Below, one piece after another: positions 1 through 12,690 of a DNA stretch of 64,000 nt; within the stretch, counting starts at the first letter, position 1, and each line of letters starts with the position of its first letter. Under the pieces are notes generated by a model. That model was not told where the DNA came from. It did not search any database and saw nothing but the letters and a program-made list of their open reading frames with translations. The DNA is from Mizuhopecten yessoensis (lineage: Eukaryota): NCBI RefSeq assembly GCF_002113885.1, contig NW_018408915.1, positions 1,373,774 through 1,437,773 on the forward strand. Direction: 5' to 3'. The position numbers were made by a program, and so were the translations under genes.

Positions 1-27
1 TAAATAGTGTCCCTGGCTCTCCCTGTA

Positions 28-257
28 GTGACAGGGAGTTAGAAAATAGGTTGTGGTGTTCGAGGGCGAACACATTTAAGAAAAGTGGGGAGTAGTGTGG
101 CAGATTTTAATTATATACATATGATTGCGGTTGCCTTCTAGCTTCGAGAGCTAGAGGGAATTTCCCTAAAGCTCAGTGGTGTAAAGTGTCCGACTAGGAA
201 GTCTGGGATCGCGGGTTCGATCCCCGGTGGAAGCACACTATTCTCTTACCTGTTACA
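28..257 (+). mobile_element. Short repeat element with a tRNA-like (A/B box) module at its 3' end and weak terminal inverted repeats
   Basis: A-box-like AAGCTCAGTGG (~169-179) and B-box GGTTCGATCC (~214-223); the anticodon arm is imperfect. Left end GTGACAGGGAGTTAGAAAATAG resembles the reverse complement of right end CTATTCTCTTACCTGTTAC. Confidence 0.5.
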
Positions 258-745
258 CTAGTTTCAACACATTAGATGTGACGTCATGAGAACAGAACTA
301 TTTGCATCGACGTTGGATTTCTCGCTCCCCGTATTTCTCAACTTGTTAAAGTTCAATGATATGTGTCGGTTGTTAAGTATCAAAACTAGCCATTGGCAAG
401 ACTTGTATATCCTGTTTTATTCAGATTTAAAACGTAAGTTCGAAATTCAAGTCCCGGAACGCTTTCACTTATCGAGGATCTTCAGGAAGATTGACTGATC
501 TTTAATATGACAACACAGGAAATATATGTAATGTTACAAATAAACATCACCAATTGATGATATACACAAACTGATGACGTCATACTAGCCAAAACTGATG
601 ACATCATTACATTTGTGCTTCTACATAAAATTGATGAAACCATATATATCAATGAGGTAAAAATGTACAATGAAAGCTAAACTAGAGTATTTGCCTTAGT
701 GCCATTAATCTCCCTAGCTTAGCTGCGCTCTTTGATACTTAGACA

Positions 746-1520
746 TAGAGTCCAAAGGAAACTGAGGATTTTTAAATACTGGTTAAAAGTGAAATGTAGC
801 GATAACTGTATATCAAAAGCTAGCTATGACGAGCGTATAAGAGGTAATGATGACTGGTTAATTAATATTAGGCAAGAATAAGCTAGTATGGGATTGGAGT
901 ATATCTTTGAGGAACACTTACCTATTAATATTGCGGCAAAGATTATAGAACAAAGATTGCTCGATGTTTCAAGACAAAGTATGTTAACAAATATTTCAAA
1001 TTCTTCAAGGGGGTATTTATATCAACACCAGATAGACAATGTCGACTTACAGTTTTATTTGCGTAAGCCAATCAAATCAAAATTCAAGCGTCAAATTACT
1101 CGCTATAGACTGTCCTCTCACAGTTTAAATATTGCGGTCGGGAGGCGGAATAATATAAACCGTCGTAATCGACTGTGTACTAGATGTAATTTAGGCGACA
1201 TTGAAATGAGTTTCATGTTATTCTCAAATGTCCATTTTATGAAAATCTAAGGTTAAAGTACATAAAGAAATATTATCGTTTAAGTCCGAGTGTGTTTAAG
1301 CTAACTCAACTATTAAGTACCAATAATGTAAGGGAACTTTTTAATCTTGGAAAATATTTACATTTGGCAACAAGTGTACGTAAAGAGTCACTCTCCTCTT
1401 AACATATGTCCATATGTTATTCTGTATTGTCTTGCATAACATGTTGTACTTATCTTGTAATATATGTATCATACCCATGAGTCAGTTGACTCGAGGTTAA
1501 TAAAATAATCTAATCTAATC
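746..1520 (+). mobile_element. 5'-truncated non-LTR retrotransposon (RTEX/CR1-group-like) 3' end with decayed ORF2 C-terminus and zinc finger
   Basis: Reads RKLRIFKYWLKV...RYRLSSHSLNIAVGRR..RLCTRCNLGDIE(fs)EFHVILKCPFYENLRLKYI...* ending at TAA 1400-1402. Premature TAA at 879-881 and a 1-nt frameshift near 1206. AATAAA plus (TAATC)n tail. Flanking direct repeat CTTAGACA at 738-745 and 1520-1527 (target-site duplication, TSD). Confidence 0.85.
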
Positions 1521-1530
1521 TTAGACAGCT

Positions 1531-1787
1531 AGGTCAGGGCTGCCAACTTGGTCAGGATCCTGTCCAAACGAGCGCTGATTGGTTAATGAAATCAACAAAT
1601 CGTTAGTTTGACTTTCGGAAATCCTCATTGTTTACTGTGTAAAACGTTTGGGATATGATCAATCGGTGTTAGAAATGACCGAATGGCATTGAACAAGATA
1701 ATAGGAATCGTAAGATAAAAAAATAAATAGTTTCGCGTAAATTTCCATAATTATGTCGTCTTGGTAAGAATTGGTAAGACCTGACCT
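1531..1787. mobile_element. Diverged MITE-like element
   Basis: Imperfect terminal inverted repeats (TIRs): AGGTCAGGGCTGCCAA at left versus TTGGTAAGACCTGACCT at right. Confidence 0.4.
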
Positions 1788-3591
1788 GTCGGTGTATTTT
1801 TTGAAGCGAAGTCTACTGTAGACACTCTAGTCTATATCGAACGTGTTATATGAAAAAGCGCGTGGGCAAACCCGTATGTCAAACCCGCCCTGTTATCTTC
1901 TTTGCCTTCCTATTGTGTAATTTATTTATCACAATGTTTGTTGCTCTAGATATTGCCCGGATGTATATTGTATATCCCACTCACTCTTATCCTAAATGCG
2001 CCTTTGCTCTTGGTATACAGCATGCAATGAAACATCTAATCACTTAAATTTCTCGGCTACTAAATTACGCGAATCTGTTTCAAGCAAGCGATTTCCGAAA
2101 AAGAAAGAGTTATGTCATATATTTGTTTATATACTGCTATATATATTCATATTTATTTCTGGTTTGAGTGCTTATTTTTCGCAAATTCACGCGGAAATAC
2201 ATAGTTTGCTAAATGCATTGCTAACAGTATATTGTCGTAAAACGTACCGTACTGTAACTGCTAAGTCGAAACAAGATCTCGACTTAACAAAAGTGGGCCA
2301 AGGGATATAAAATCCTTCCTGCTGATTTACTGACCCGGGCCAAGGTTAGGACTAGGTTAGCGTTTGACATGCATGAACTTTGATGTCGTGGGTTCGACTT
2401 CCGGTCACATGGGACAAACGTTGTGTCTGACCTCTGAACCGGATCTCAAACTATTTGTATCCATTAGAATGTCCGGTCAATGTAATATTGTACTTTTGTG
2501 TTTGAGATAAAAGTAAACTAAACGGTAGAGGGAGAGATAGCTACAGGAAGTCGCCAATGTTCTTGAACAAAAATACAATACAAAAAAATAAATGCTTCTA
2601 CTAAGTAAATATTCCAGAGAGAAAACAATTTTATTAAGAACAAAAAGTTCGCATCAAAGTGTATTTAACGTTTTACTGTCTGTGATCTGAATAAAATTTT
2701 TTAGCAAAAATTCAATTAAAGCCATTATGACGTGTGCGTTTATTTGAATTTACTGTTCGCAATCCACTTCCGGTAGATAAATAAAGATAAAGGCAAGATT
2801 TTGCGGTTATTTTAAGATTAGGCAACCGCTTAATGGGTAACATTTCCCATGGGACTTTCGGATTGGAGGTTCCACCTAATAAATCGTGATGTCGGAGGGT
2901 AATTGTTAGGGACAAAATTAGACTATCTTTCAAATATATTTACTTAGTGGTGTTATATTCCGTTTTTCCCGGGGAACGGGCAACAGACATCATTGATTCA
3001 CGGAAATGCATGTCTGTGCTGAGCACGTGCCCTAGATGGTTGTCTAGATGAAAAGAATATAATCCCAGAGGATTTGTACCCCGACCTTTATAATTTAACG
3101 CTATTAGCCAAGTTTGCTTAGTGCTATTGGGTAATTAAGACTGTTGTCTGGTGATCGCAGTGGGATTTGGAAGAAAATATCAAATTCATTGCCAATTAGG
3201 CATTGTATTTGTGATTTCCGGCTAGGCCTGTTTGGTGTTTTAGTCAATTTGGATTGAGTAGGAATTTTGTTTTGTCGTATTGTGAATGTTTTCTCGTTAT
3301 ACTGGCAAATGAGTTTTTCTTTATTCTTGTTATTTTATTAACAAAGAAAAATATTTCAATGTTTTTCTTTATCTTATTTATTGATTGTTTTTCTAACAGG
3401 TGATAAGTCATATATCTGGCCAGAAGTAATACACTTTTCCTCAGCTAGGTTAATAAATAATTGTGTCGACCTAACCAGAAGTTAGTAATTGCTTTATTAT
3501 CAGACGATTATGTGTGGTGAAGAAATAGAGTTTACTCTAAATATAAATATACACTTTAATTATTTTAAAACAATTATAAACCAAATTTTGA

Positions 3592-3791
3592 CAATTTATT
3601 CTAATCACTCCTGTTGGCCCAGATGTTAGCGCGCAGAGGGGTCTTAATATGTGAGGAAACCGGAGCACCCGGAGAAAACTAACGTGGTCGGACAGGTGGC
3701 CTCATACATATTGCTCCATTTCATGTCCGATCGGATCCCGGCCGCCTTGGTGAAAGACAAGTGCGCTATCACCTGCGCCAACTGATCATCC
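3592..3791 (-). mobile_element. tRNA-derived V-SINE, family B
   Basis: Reverse-strand tRNA-like head plus V-domain core (forward GAGGAAACCGGAGCACCCGGAGAAAAC). Homologous to copies at 9635, 28512 and 36823. Confidence 0.8.
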
Positions 3792-4237
3792 TTTAGTTTA
3801 CAACGTTTTGTACGCTTACCAATGATAATAGGTTCTTTTCAAGAATGTTGTTTTGGGATACAACCTTCCGACTGGCAAATTGTTGTATCAACATCTACAG
3901 TGTATAGGTGTGTCAAGGTCATTTTATCATATCAAGGTCAGCAAAACAGGTATAAGCCAATCAAATTGTAAGAAATTCGTACTTTGCAAGCCATGAATAC
4001 TGATGTATCATATAATATAAGTTGTTCATGAAATGAAATTGTTCTGTACGGTTGAAATCTGTTAAAATGTGTCTTCTAAAGTTGGTTAAGAATTTTAAGC
4101 ATGTATCATACGTTAACTCTTGCTCTGTGGTCGATCAATTTTCTCCATATTAGACGAGTGAAAATTTCCACAGCAAAATTCCTTTTAATTTAAACTAAAC
4201 TTGCCCCAAGGGGAGTAACATGCTTCGGCAATTAGAA

Positions 4238-4497
4238 GGGGCCGCGGTGGCCGAGTTGTTAAGGCGTCTGCTATTCTGCTACACTCTACCACTAGCCTTC
4301 CACCACTGGGTCGTGGGTTCGAGACCTCCGCTGGGTCTTGGGTTAGAGACCTACGTGCGGCAGTCGCCAGGTTCTGGCCGCAGGTCGGTGTTTTTTCTCC
4401 GGATACTCCGGCGTTCCTCCACCACCAAAATCTGGTTTATCCTGACATGACCATAGCTGTTACATGTAATTTAATAGGACGTAAAACACAAACAAAC
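4238..4497 (+). mobile_element. Full-length tRNA-derived V-SINE, family A (RUDI-like)
   Basis: GGGGCCGCGGTGGCCGAG head, B box GGTTCGAGACC, V-domain TTTCTCCGGATACTCCGGCGTTCCTCCACCA, tail GACCATAGCTGTT...AATAGGACGTAAAAC(AAAC)n. Approximate TSD TCGGYAATT. Confidence 0.88.
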
Positions 4498-5632
4498 ATC
4501 GGTAATTCAAATAACCTAAGTTGTCCTGTCCTTTATCGGTCAAGGCTGGCAGCTGAAGGAGCTGCATATAGTAATATAAGCATAGAGCCTCAAAAACAGC
4601 AATGATTTAACGAACACAAAACAATACAATATTATTCATTTCCATAACCCAGAATAATTTTGTTTCATTGACTCCTTCTTAACCTACTTATTACTGACAA
4701 GATATGCAACTGGTAATATTAACAAGCTTGTGTATCTATAGTAAAAACAAGAAATCTGTATAGTCCCCACTGGTTTACATACTACACCTTAGCATCGCAA
4801 GTGATATAAGTATAACATCCGGGTAATCAGCCATACCCTGCGTGGGTGTTGTCTCCTCTTATCACTTAATCATGACGTGTCGATTACCTGTTACCTTGGT
4901 CATTTATTCATAAGTACCGGTACGGTATTTAACGAGGAATGTTCCAGTCATCTGGTATTGTTTGTTTGTCAGCGCTTAATTGATTCTGGTACTGATTCTC
5001 CGTTGTATAACCTTTATCCGTATTAACTTTGATATTTTGCAATAATTATCGGACTTCATCTTTGATGCTGATATTGGAAATCTAGTGGGTGGTTACGGAT
5101 AACATAGTACAAAGTCATCAAGCATAATGATATAATTGTATACCCACTACCCCTTCCCCTTCCCCCCTCTCCCCGATCCACCTCCCTTCCCAAACTCTTC
5201 CCTCCCAGCCTTTTACCTAAATTGTTATGTCGTGGTTCAGAGGCTGAGTTTAGGAAACCGGGATGAATCATCATGACAGTGACCCGGAAATTATATAGCT
5301 TTTAATAGTATCAAAGAAACTGCCATACTGTAGCAACTGAACAAGCAACTGAACAAGCAAGAAGAAAAAAATGCTGGGAATTTCGGAACTCTTCTTGTTT
5401 GGAGATACACCATAGGGCGATGGGACTCTCCACTTTAAGGTCATATAATGTAATCTACGTTACGGTCAAGGTTTCGCTGCCAAAACCTGTAACGTTGCAT
5501 CAAAGTTTCCCTGCATGCCTTTACATAAGCGAAGCTATTATACAATGTATATTATTTCTGAAAAGAGTCACAACTTGCAGAACTTCAAGGAAAAGGTTAT
5601 AAAGATTAATTTATGAGAGTATTCTGGTGTAT

Positions 5633-5772
5633 CTAGAACCTTAGATCCGATTATTATACTGTCGCTCTGACCAACTGAGCTACCTGGTAATCGGTAGTAC
5701 CCGAGCCGAATCGCGCTACAGTTAAATATAAAATGGAATTAAGGGGAGACTGAGACTACTGTATACAGGAAA
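5633..5772 (-). mobile_element. tRNA-like repeat with conserved upstream leader (family shared with 45162-45315)
   Basis: Colinear with 45162-45315: GAACC...CGCTCT.ACC.A.TGAGCTACCT...GCTACAGTTAA...GGA.TTAAGGGGAG..TACTGTATA.AGGAAA. Confidence 0.7.
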
Positions 5773-8740
5773 AGCTGTAGCGGAATGCTCAAGTGTTTGC
5801 CTGCAGTTGAAAAGGAATCCTTATTGTGAAATGCACCTCCTTTCAAAAAAAGAGCTCGTTGAAAGAAGGTTACTGATAGAACGTACACAAGAATACATGT
5901 GTTGATCACACTCGCGCAATATTCATTTTCAAGGGAGAGCACTCTAACACAAATCACACACAAAATGTGTAATGTAGCATATAACCTTAACAAAAGGTTC
6001 AGGCAATAAAGATTCAATAAATAAAAGGGGAAAAACACGCTGTTGTTTACCTCGGCTAGTGAATAGACATTACTATCCAACTGAACCGTATTTTTATGAA
6101 TGAAAGGGAAAAGAATGTTCCCTGCTATCTCTTCACAGTCAATCAGCCGACAAATTCACCGTGAGTAAATAGCGAATCAGTCTACGAGACCATGGCTTCG
6201 TGTTATTGTTGTACCATTGTTGCGGGTGTATTGCGTGGGACGATTTCCCTATCTCCAATGAATTCCGTATTGCTGTCAAGGGGCTAATAACATCGGAAAC
6301 AAGCGTTTCAGGCTCGTTGACTCTTCCTGTTGCTGGTCGCTCATGCACGATCTTACAGTATTATCGTTACATCTAAAGGGGGAAATCCATAATATCAAAA
6401 AACATCTAATTAAGTTTATGTGTCCATGGTTAGATATATTAGCATCCTCGTCAATCGATTTATTCATTTGATCGTCACGTAGACACATATACCCTTAACA
6501 GACAGGCAAATGACCTCCCTGCACGTGCCGGCTAGGACAAAGAGTCAGCCACGGAGAATTAAAAAACTACTGTTGTAGCGAAAAGTGTAATGAAATCACG
6601 TTTTGTGTCATTATAGTGCTACTTACTGCACAAAAAACATTTAGTTTTTTGGTGTAATAATTATTTCCGTTTATCCAAGAGGAATATTAGCAATAGTGGT
6701 ATATTCAAAAATATTTGAAAAAGAAATATTCTATGATAATTGTAATTGTTGAATTCGCGGGTTCCAATTCTCGCGTTTTGAATTTTCTTAAGATTAATCG
6801 TAAAAAGTAATTCACAGTTACATGTCAACATATATGTATATTTCTCTAATTTGTGTTTTGTATGTGCGGTCAGATTGAAGCAGGTACAGTTTTTTGGGTT
6901 TAACATTGCCAGGCTTACTATATTGAACATGTATATTGCTGTCTCACAAAAATTATCGTTTGAACAGAAATATTGATTTAATTTCAGTTAAGGTTAGGCC
7001 TACATTCCGTTGTAAAATATGAAACCACGCCCCTATCTGACCTTTCTCAGCGTCATATTTAGATTCAATTCAAATGTTAAAACGTATTAACGTAAACAAT
7101 TATAAAACTATCGGGAAGTGATATGTTGACTGTTTGCACATTTCGTTTCCTTTAGTATCAACGAAACTACGGTCCACATATTGCGAAATATTTTGAAGGG
7201 CGTGAGAATGTTTTCCGGCACGGGAAACCTACGTGTTGTACCATACACGGCTACATAGCAGGCTTGAACTTTCACTTGGCACATTCGTAGTTGGACACCA
7301 TCCCGGATCTTGCTACTTTTTTTTTATTGTGAATGACGTATTTTCAGTACAGGCCCTGTCAACACATTAACGGCCAACATCAAAGAACAAACGCATGCCG
7401 TTTTTTCCGATGTCTCCCCATTCAGGAATAGTCTGGGATCGATTTCAGCAACTTTATTTCTATCTGGTCACGCGATGGGTTCTGTATCACACAAGCAATC
7501 AAAACCAAATCAAATTTCACTATGACGTTGTGTAAGCGCACTTGTCAATGTATCGCGAAAAATGACATTTACAGCCCAAGTTATAACTAATAAAAAAGAT
7601 AACGCAAGCAAATAGAAATATATCAACATGATTGTTTATTTCTATAAAAAAAATCAAAATGATTCTATAAGGATTCATTTTAAAATTGTGTTTTAGGAAA
7701 AGGATGATTTGAAAGTCAAAATTATTTAAAATATTTAGTGATATTTTTTCCAGGGAAAGGGATGATTTTTCAAAGGAAGAAAATTTATATTGATTGCTCA
7801 ATAGAAAAGACAGTTTTTAAAAGACTGTTGTAATGGGCCGAGTTATAAAAACGGGCACAACATATACTTGGAAGTAAACATGCGAAAGACCGGCGTTCTT
7901 ATTGGTAGATAGGTCAACCGCAACAGATATTTGAGTACTTTTGTGTTGTAAAGGCAACAAAATGCTCGCGGAAAGATTCCTAATGAAATTGAGCGTACTT
8001 TTCAGAACAAGGTTTGTACATGTAATAAAGTACGAGAATACCTCCAGCTTTATTGTCATCATCTCTCAATTGCCATCTTTGCTTTCCACATAAAATCGAA
8101 TATGATTATTAAGAACTCAATATCTCTGGAACATTCTAATCTCAAAGTTGATTTTTTGTTCTCATCCATGTAAGTTTATTTTAATTTTCTGTTTTAATAA
8201 TATTTTTATCTTGTTTAAACTCTCTACGCTCTTCAAAGCTTGTAAATAACATTTTTTTCCGGTAGACTCCGTTTTCCGTTTTCAATGAATCAAAATGCGG
8301 TGTTCGACGACCACGTGTCTGAGACTCGTAAAACATAGCACGTTGTACCTAACGTACTATAAAGATCGGGCGTGGCCGGTTTTATGAATGAACATGACTT
8401 CACGGTTATCTCAATGGTATTGAGTCTGCAGAAAGAATGTCATTAATATACTATTCAGCGCCGTAGATCCATTCAGTTTTCTAGGCCAATAACCTCGGAG
8501 GAATCGCTCGTTGTAAAAATCCATACTGAACGGGCCCAGTTAGCGTCCGGATTCTCGTAAAAACTGGTAAGAAATGGACGTGGCCCGGAAATAGGAGTGT
8601 ATCGTTTCTCGTTAAGGAATCCCGGTATTTTAAGTAGTTAACGTGTACATGTATATCTTGTGTATGCAACACTGTAATTACACGAATAATATGAAAAGGC
8701 AAAGCCTTAAAAGAGCGTAGCTTTTGTTGATCTCTGATAT

Positions 8741-8850
8741 TTACTGATTAAGAATACAATTTTCAGAATGAGATAAGATAAACTTTATCAAAAGTAGTTT
8801 TGATAAAGTTTATCTTATCTCATTCTGAAAATTGTATTCTTAATCAGTAA
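8741..8850. repeat. Perfect 53-bp inverted repeat with 4-nt spacer
   Basis: 8741-8793 is the exact reverse complement of 8798-8850; spacer GTAG. Confidence 0.97.
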
Positions 8851-8918
8851 GAAGTAGTCTAGTCAAGGAATAACAATAAAACACAAGCTCTTATGAGATT
8901 GAGACCGACATAACAATA

Positions 8919-9512
8919 AGGAGACAGGGGCAAGTTCGGACCTTTTTTTAAATTAAAACCGTTCTAGTAAGTATGGCAGCACGTCCGTTTTTGAACATTA
9001 TTTAACTATCCTGTCGGAAGATCGGATGGCCGTAAGTTCGGGCCCCATTGGAATCAGCTTAATTATGACGTCATAAAGCATGCAGCGTCAGATTTTACCG
9101 CCAATTCTACATTTTTTTTATGTGTTACATGGGCCAAACTTGCCACGGTATCATTGGCCGAAACTGTCCGGGCCCAAATTGATATTTCAATAAATTCTTA
9201 TCGTACAGCAATATGGTAGTGAGTGACTGGCTTGGCTTTTATGTATTATCATTTGAAGCTGCCAGTGTTTGTAAAAAAAGTAGCGATTCCGTTTCAAAAA
9301 GTTCGCATAACTAGAAGCGAGATCATGATTTTCTTTCTACCGTCTCAAAAGTAATTTCCTCCTGTTTAGTCATTTTACATTAGAGTTTTCCCTCGACATT
9401 TTTTTGTCGTTGAATGCCCAGCCAACTAAACTGCTAAGATCCTTAAACTTGTAAATATTAGCCCAAAAACAAAAAAAATATCAGGGATGGCCGAACCTGC
9501 CTCGGTTTACCG
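8919..9512. mobile_element. Tc1/mariner-pogo-type MITE (diverged)
   Basis: Left GGAGACAGGGGCAAGTTCGGACC versus right GGCCGAACCTGCCTCGGTTTACCG followed by TA. Internal sub-repeats of the AAGTTCGG motif in both orientations. Confidence 0.6.
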
Positions 9513-9634
9513 TATGTAGATATTTTTTTATATCATTGATGAATGGTAAAAATGTATTCACAATATGATTTTTTCATCAATGACGCAATTTTCTTCCAGT
9601 CGAAGCTAAAGTAGATATTTGTTCTTGTGTATAT

Positions 9635-9802
9635 GATGGGTCGGTGGCGCAGTAGATAGCGCGCTCACCTTCACCAAGATGGCCGGATTCACCTGCCCGA
9701 CCACGCGGATTTTCTCTGGATACTCCAGTTTCCTTCCATATTAAGAATTAAACCCTCTGCGTGCTTCCGTCAGGGCACAAATAGAATGATTGAGATAAGC
9801 TG
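9635..9802 (+). mobile_element. V-SINE family B copy with internal deletion removing the B box
   Basis: GATGGGTCGGTGGCGCAGTAGATAGCGCGCTCACCTTCACCAAG head and V-domain TTTTCTCTGGATACTCCAGTTTCCTTCC; homologous to 3592-3791. Confidence 0.75.
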
Positions 9803-12425
9803 GGGGAAAACTGTTTGGTAATTACTATAGAAAAAAGTGCATATTACATATTTTACTATTAGTCTAAGTAATGTATAGAGATGTTAGTTAAAAAATGAAA
9901 TTAAAAAAAGGAAACATTGTAATACTTTGATGTAACTAAAAATGTCTTCATATGGATATGTAGTCTCAATTTCTATTCCATCCTGAAACACCGGATTGAA
10001 TTTCAAATTTTGTAACTGTCACCGAGGTTTGACAGGTAATGATTCCAAATAAAATTACAGTTTCTGTCTGTAACTAGTTATAATTCGGCACTCGTTGTGA
10101 AAAAGTAATACGTTGCTGAAAAAGGGCGTTGCACTTGGGTTGGTTGTCTGGAAAATTATTGTTAATTTCGTCTTAAATGCATATTCCATTGCTTCTTTTA
10201 TGAGTGGTGATGCATAAATAATGTAAAGACTATATCCAGACTTTCAAAAATGTCAACTATTTCGTTCATATTCTCATCAAAAGCTGATGAAATTTTAAAT
10301 TATCAATGTTTTGAAGATATCTTCCGGTAGAAAAAACAACAGAACCGGGTTGATGACAAAAAAGACTTCAGAAAATATCCGCTTTTTTTAGTTTTTGTGC
10401 CTGTGGAAAAAACTGAAATAAAAAAAAGTCTTGAAGCACCGACAAAGAGATAAATACAACGGATATCAGTTCCAGAATTTTCCGGTTATTTTTCATCCTT
10501 CCGGAAATAACCGATCAAGGCCGATGAATTGTGACATCATACATGTAGTATGATAATCTCTGAACGAAGTTTCATGCCTGTTAGTATCACATTTTATGTG
10601 ATAGACTTTTTTCACTCAGAATGTTTATTATCTTTCATCAAAATAAACAAGTAATAAAACATGGGTATTGATGTTAATGTATGGGTTGAATCACAATTGT
10701 CTTTGCTTCAAGGATACACTTCCGGTTTCCCCACTGGACATCTACTTCCGGACGAATTTTTTTAAAGGCAAGGTGAAGAAAGGGGAAGAAACTCTGTATA
10801 CGCACGCATGTGTTACCATTAAAGAGCTAGGCTCTTAATATTTCAAAAATATTTTAAGAAACTTCTAATAACATCATGGAATATTTTAAAACTTCGCAAG
10901 AATGCATGCAATGAATAAACTAAGAAGTGAATTTTTCGAAAGTTTTGATTAAAATATATTAAGGGGAGGTAACTATAATTCATGTCGCAGGTATGTTATT
11001 GTACAATGTTGCCTTCAGCCTTATATTGTACTTTTACTGACTTTTAAAATAAGAAATGTCTTTAAAAATGGTAAATGTTTATGAAAATGCTAAAATTCAT
11101 TTGCCTATCGGGGTTGTATGTCTTATGGTGGAACAAAATTCACAAAATAATATGGTATCTGATATCATTCCTATTTCACATGTAAAGCAATTTCCAGGTT
11201 ATTCGATGACTGTGTTTTTTTCGTTGTAATGCATAGCAACTATCGATACCTTTCTTTCCCCACTTGGACAAAACATGACAAAATATCCTACTTCTGTAGT
11301 TAGAATAAAGACTGAGCATTATAAATTAAATATTATGAAAGAAATATATATTTAAATACTCGTAAGTCAATATAGAAAAATCAAAGTAGTCTTTTATTAC
11401 TGTGACATATGGCCATTTCGTCCATTTAAGACCCGGCAAAATGAGATTTTTTTTTTTTTTTTTTTACCATGTCGACGTTGTAACGACACTTTTAAATGGT
11501 TAATAATAATGAATAATCGTTCAATAGGTACGCGTGTACCTGTATCATATGTTTTTGTAGAGGGAGGGTACACGCGTGCATATGCATTATATAGTCGTTT
11601 CCAGACAAATTCATGTTAGGATCACCTGGTGCAGTATCCCTAAACATCAGCTCTGCGAATCCTGTTTGTGAAAATGGAAACAGGACAACACGTGCTAAGC
11701 GTAGTAGTTTATTAAGTTGTATATCTATATAGGTTACTTTGTCCTATGAGCACTTATGTGGCCACGAAATCACATTTCATTACATTTTGACGTGGTAAAA
11801 TAGATATAATCAACTTATAGTCCGTATATATTTTGGTTGGTGGAATATAGGACTAACTTTTTTTGACTCGTTCCGCGACGGCCTTGTGCTTTGTTGATGT
11901 CCCCGCCATTGAACACGCACACATATTGATTAGTCATTATCAAGCATAAGAGTAAGGGCAACAACTCCTGCAAAAATATCTATAAAATATATTTTTATAT
12001 GTTTTTTCTATACACTGAGACAGACAAGAGGAGCCTTCTTCTTGTCCTTTTTGAACTCAGAACATTTTATCAAAACAACTTAAGCTTGTTTCTGTGTTTT
12101 TTCACAATTTCATGAAACTTGGTCAGCGCTGTGCAACTGTGAACGGTTTGAATACCTTTAACTGTAACAGATAATTACCCTTAAATGTAAATGGCACAGT
12201 TAGTATAATTATATCCGGAAAGTAATTACTTTTACGTCACGAAATCAATTAACACCTACACGATGCAGGATAAAAGTATTAAAATCGGTCGACCAATTCC
12301 AGATAGAAACTGTGTAGTTTGTTATCATCTTGTCCGATATTCATAAACTAGTAAATAAAATTGATGTGCATAACCTGAAAATATACATGTATATGAAAGA
12401 CTTGGATTAGTTTTCGACATTAACT

Positions 12426-12690
12426 ACGCAGTTCTTTTATTTCTTGTTTTTTTTCCTGTAGATAATTAACAAAATTAGTTAACTCTCAGTAAGTAAATGT
12501 TTATATCTTTTATTGAAATATAGGTCGAGTTGTCTGCAATTTTGAACCAAAATGACGCAGTTCTTGTAAATCGTGTTTGTTTCTTCTTCAGATAATTAAC
12601 AAAATTATGAAACTCACAGTAAGTTAATGTTTATATTTTTGTTTAGTACATGTATATATAGGTCGAGTTAGCAGTAATTTTAAATGGCGC
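12426..12690 (+). repeat. Tandem duplication of a 130-bp unit, each copy containing a splice-bounded 27-nt micro-exon candidate (12462-12488, 12592-12618)
   Basis: Each copy has a polypyrimidine tract + YAG | ATAATTAACAAAATTA..AACTC.CA | GTAAGT. Confidence 0.7.

Noticed and set aside
161-236. Functional tRNA gene
   Set aside because: Acceptor and anticodon stems are imperfect and there is no oligo-T terminator; treated as a tRNA-derived repeat.
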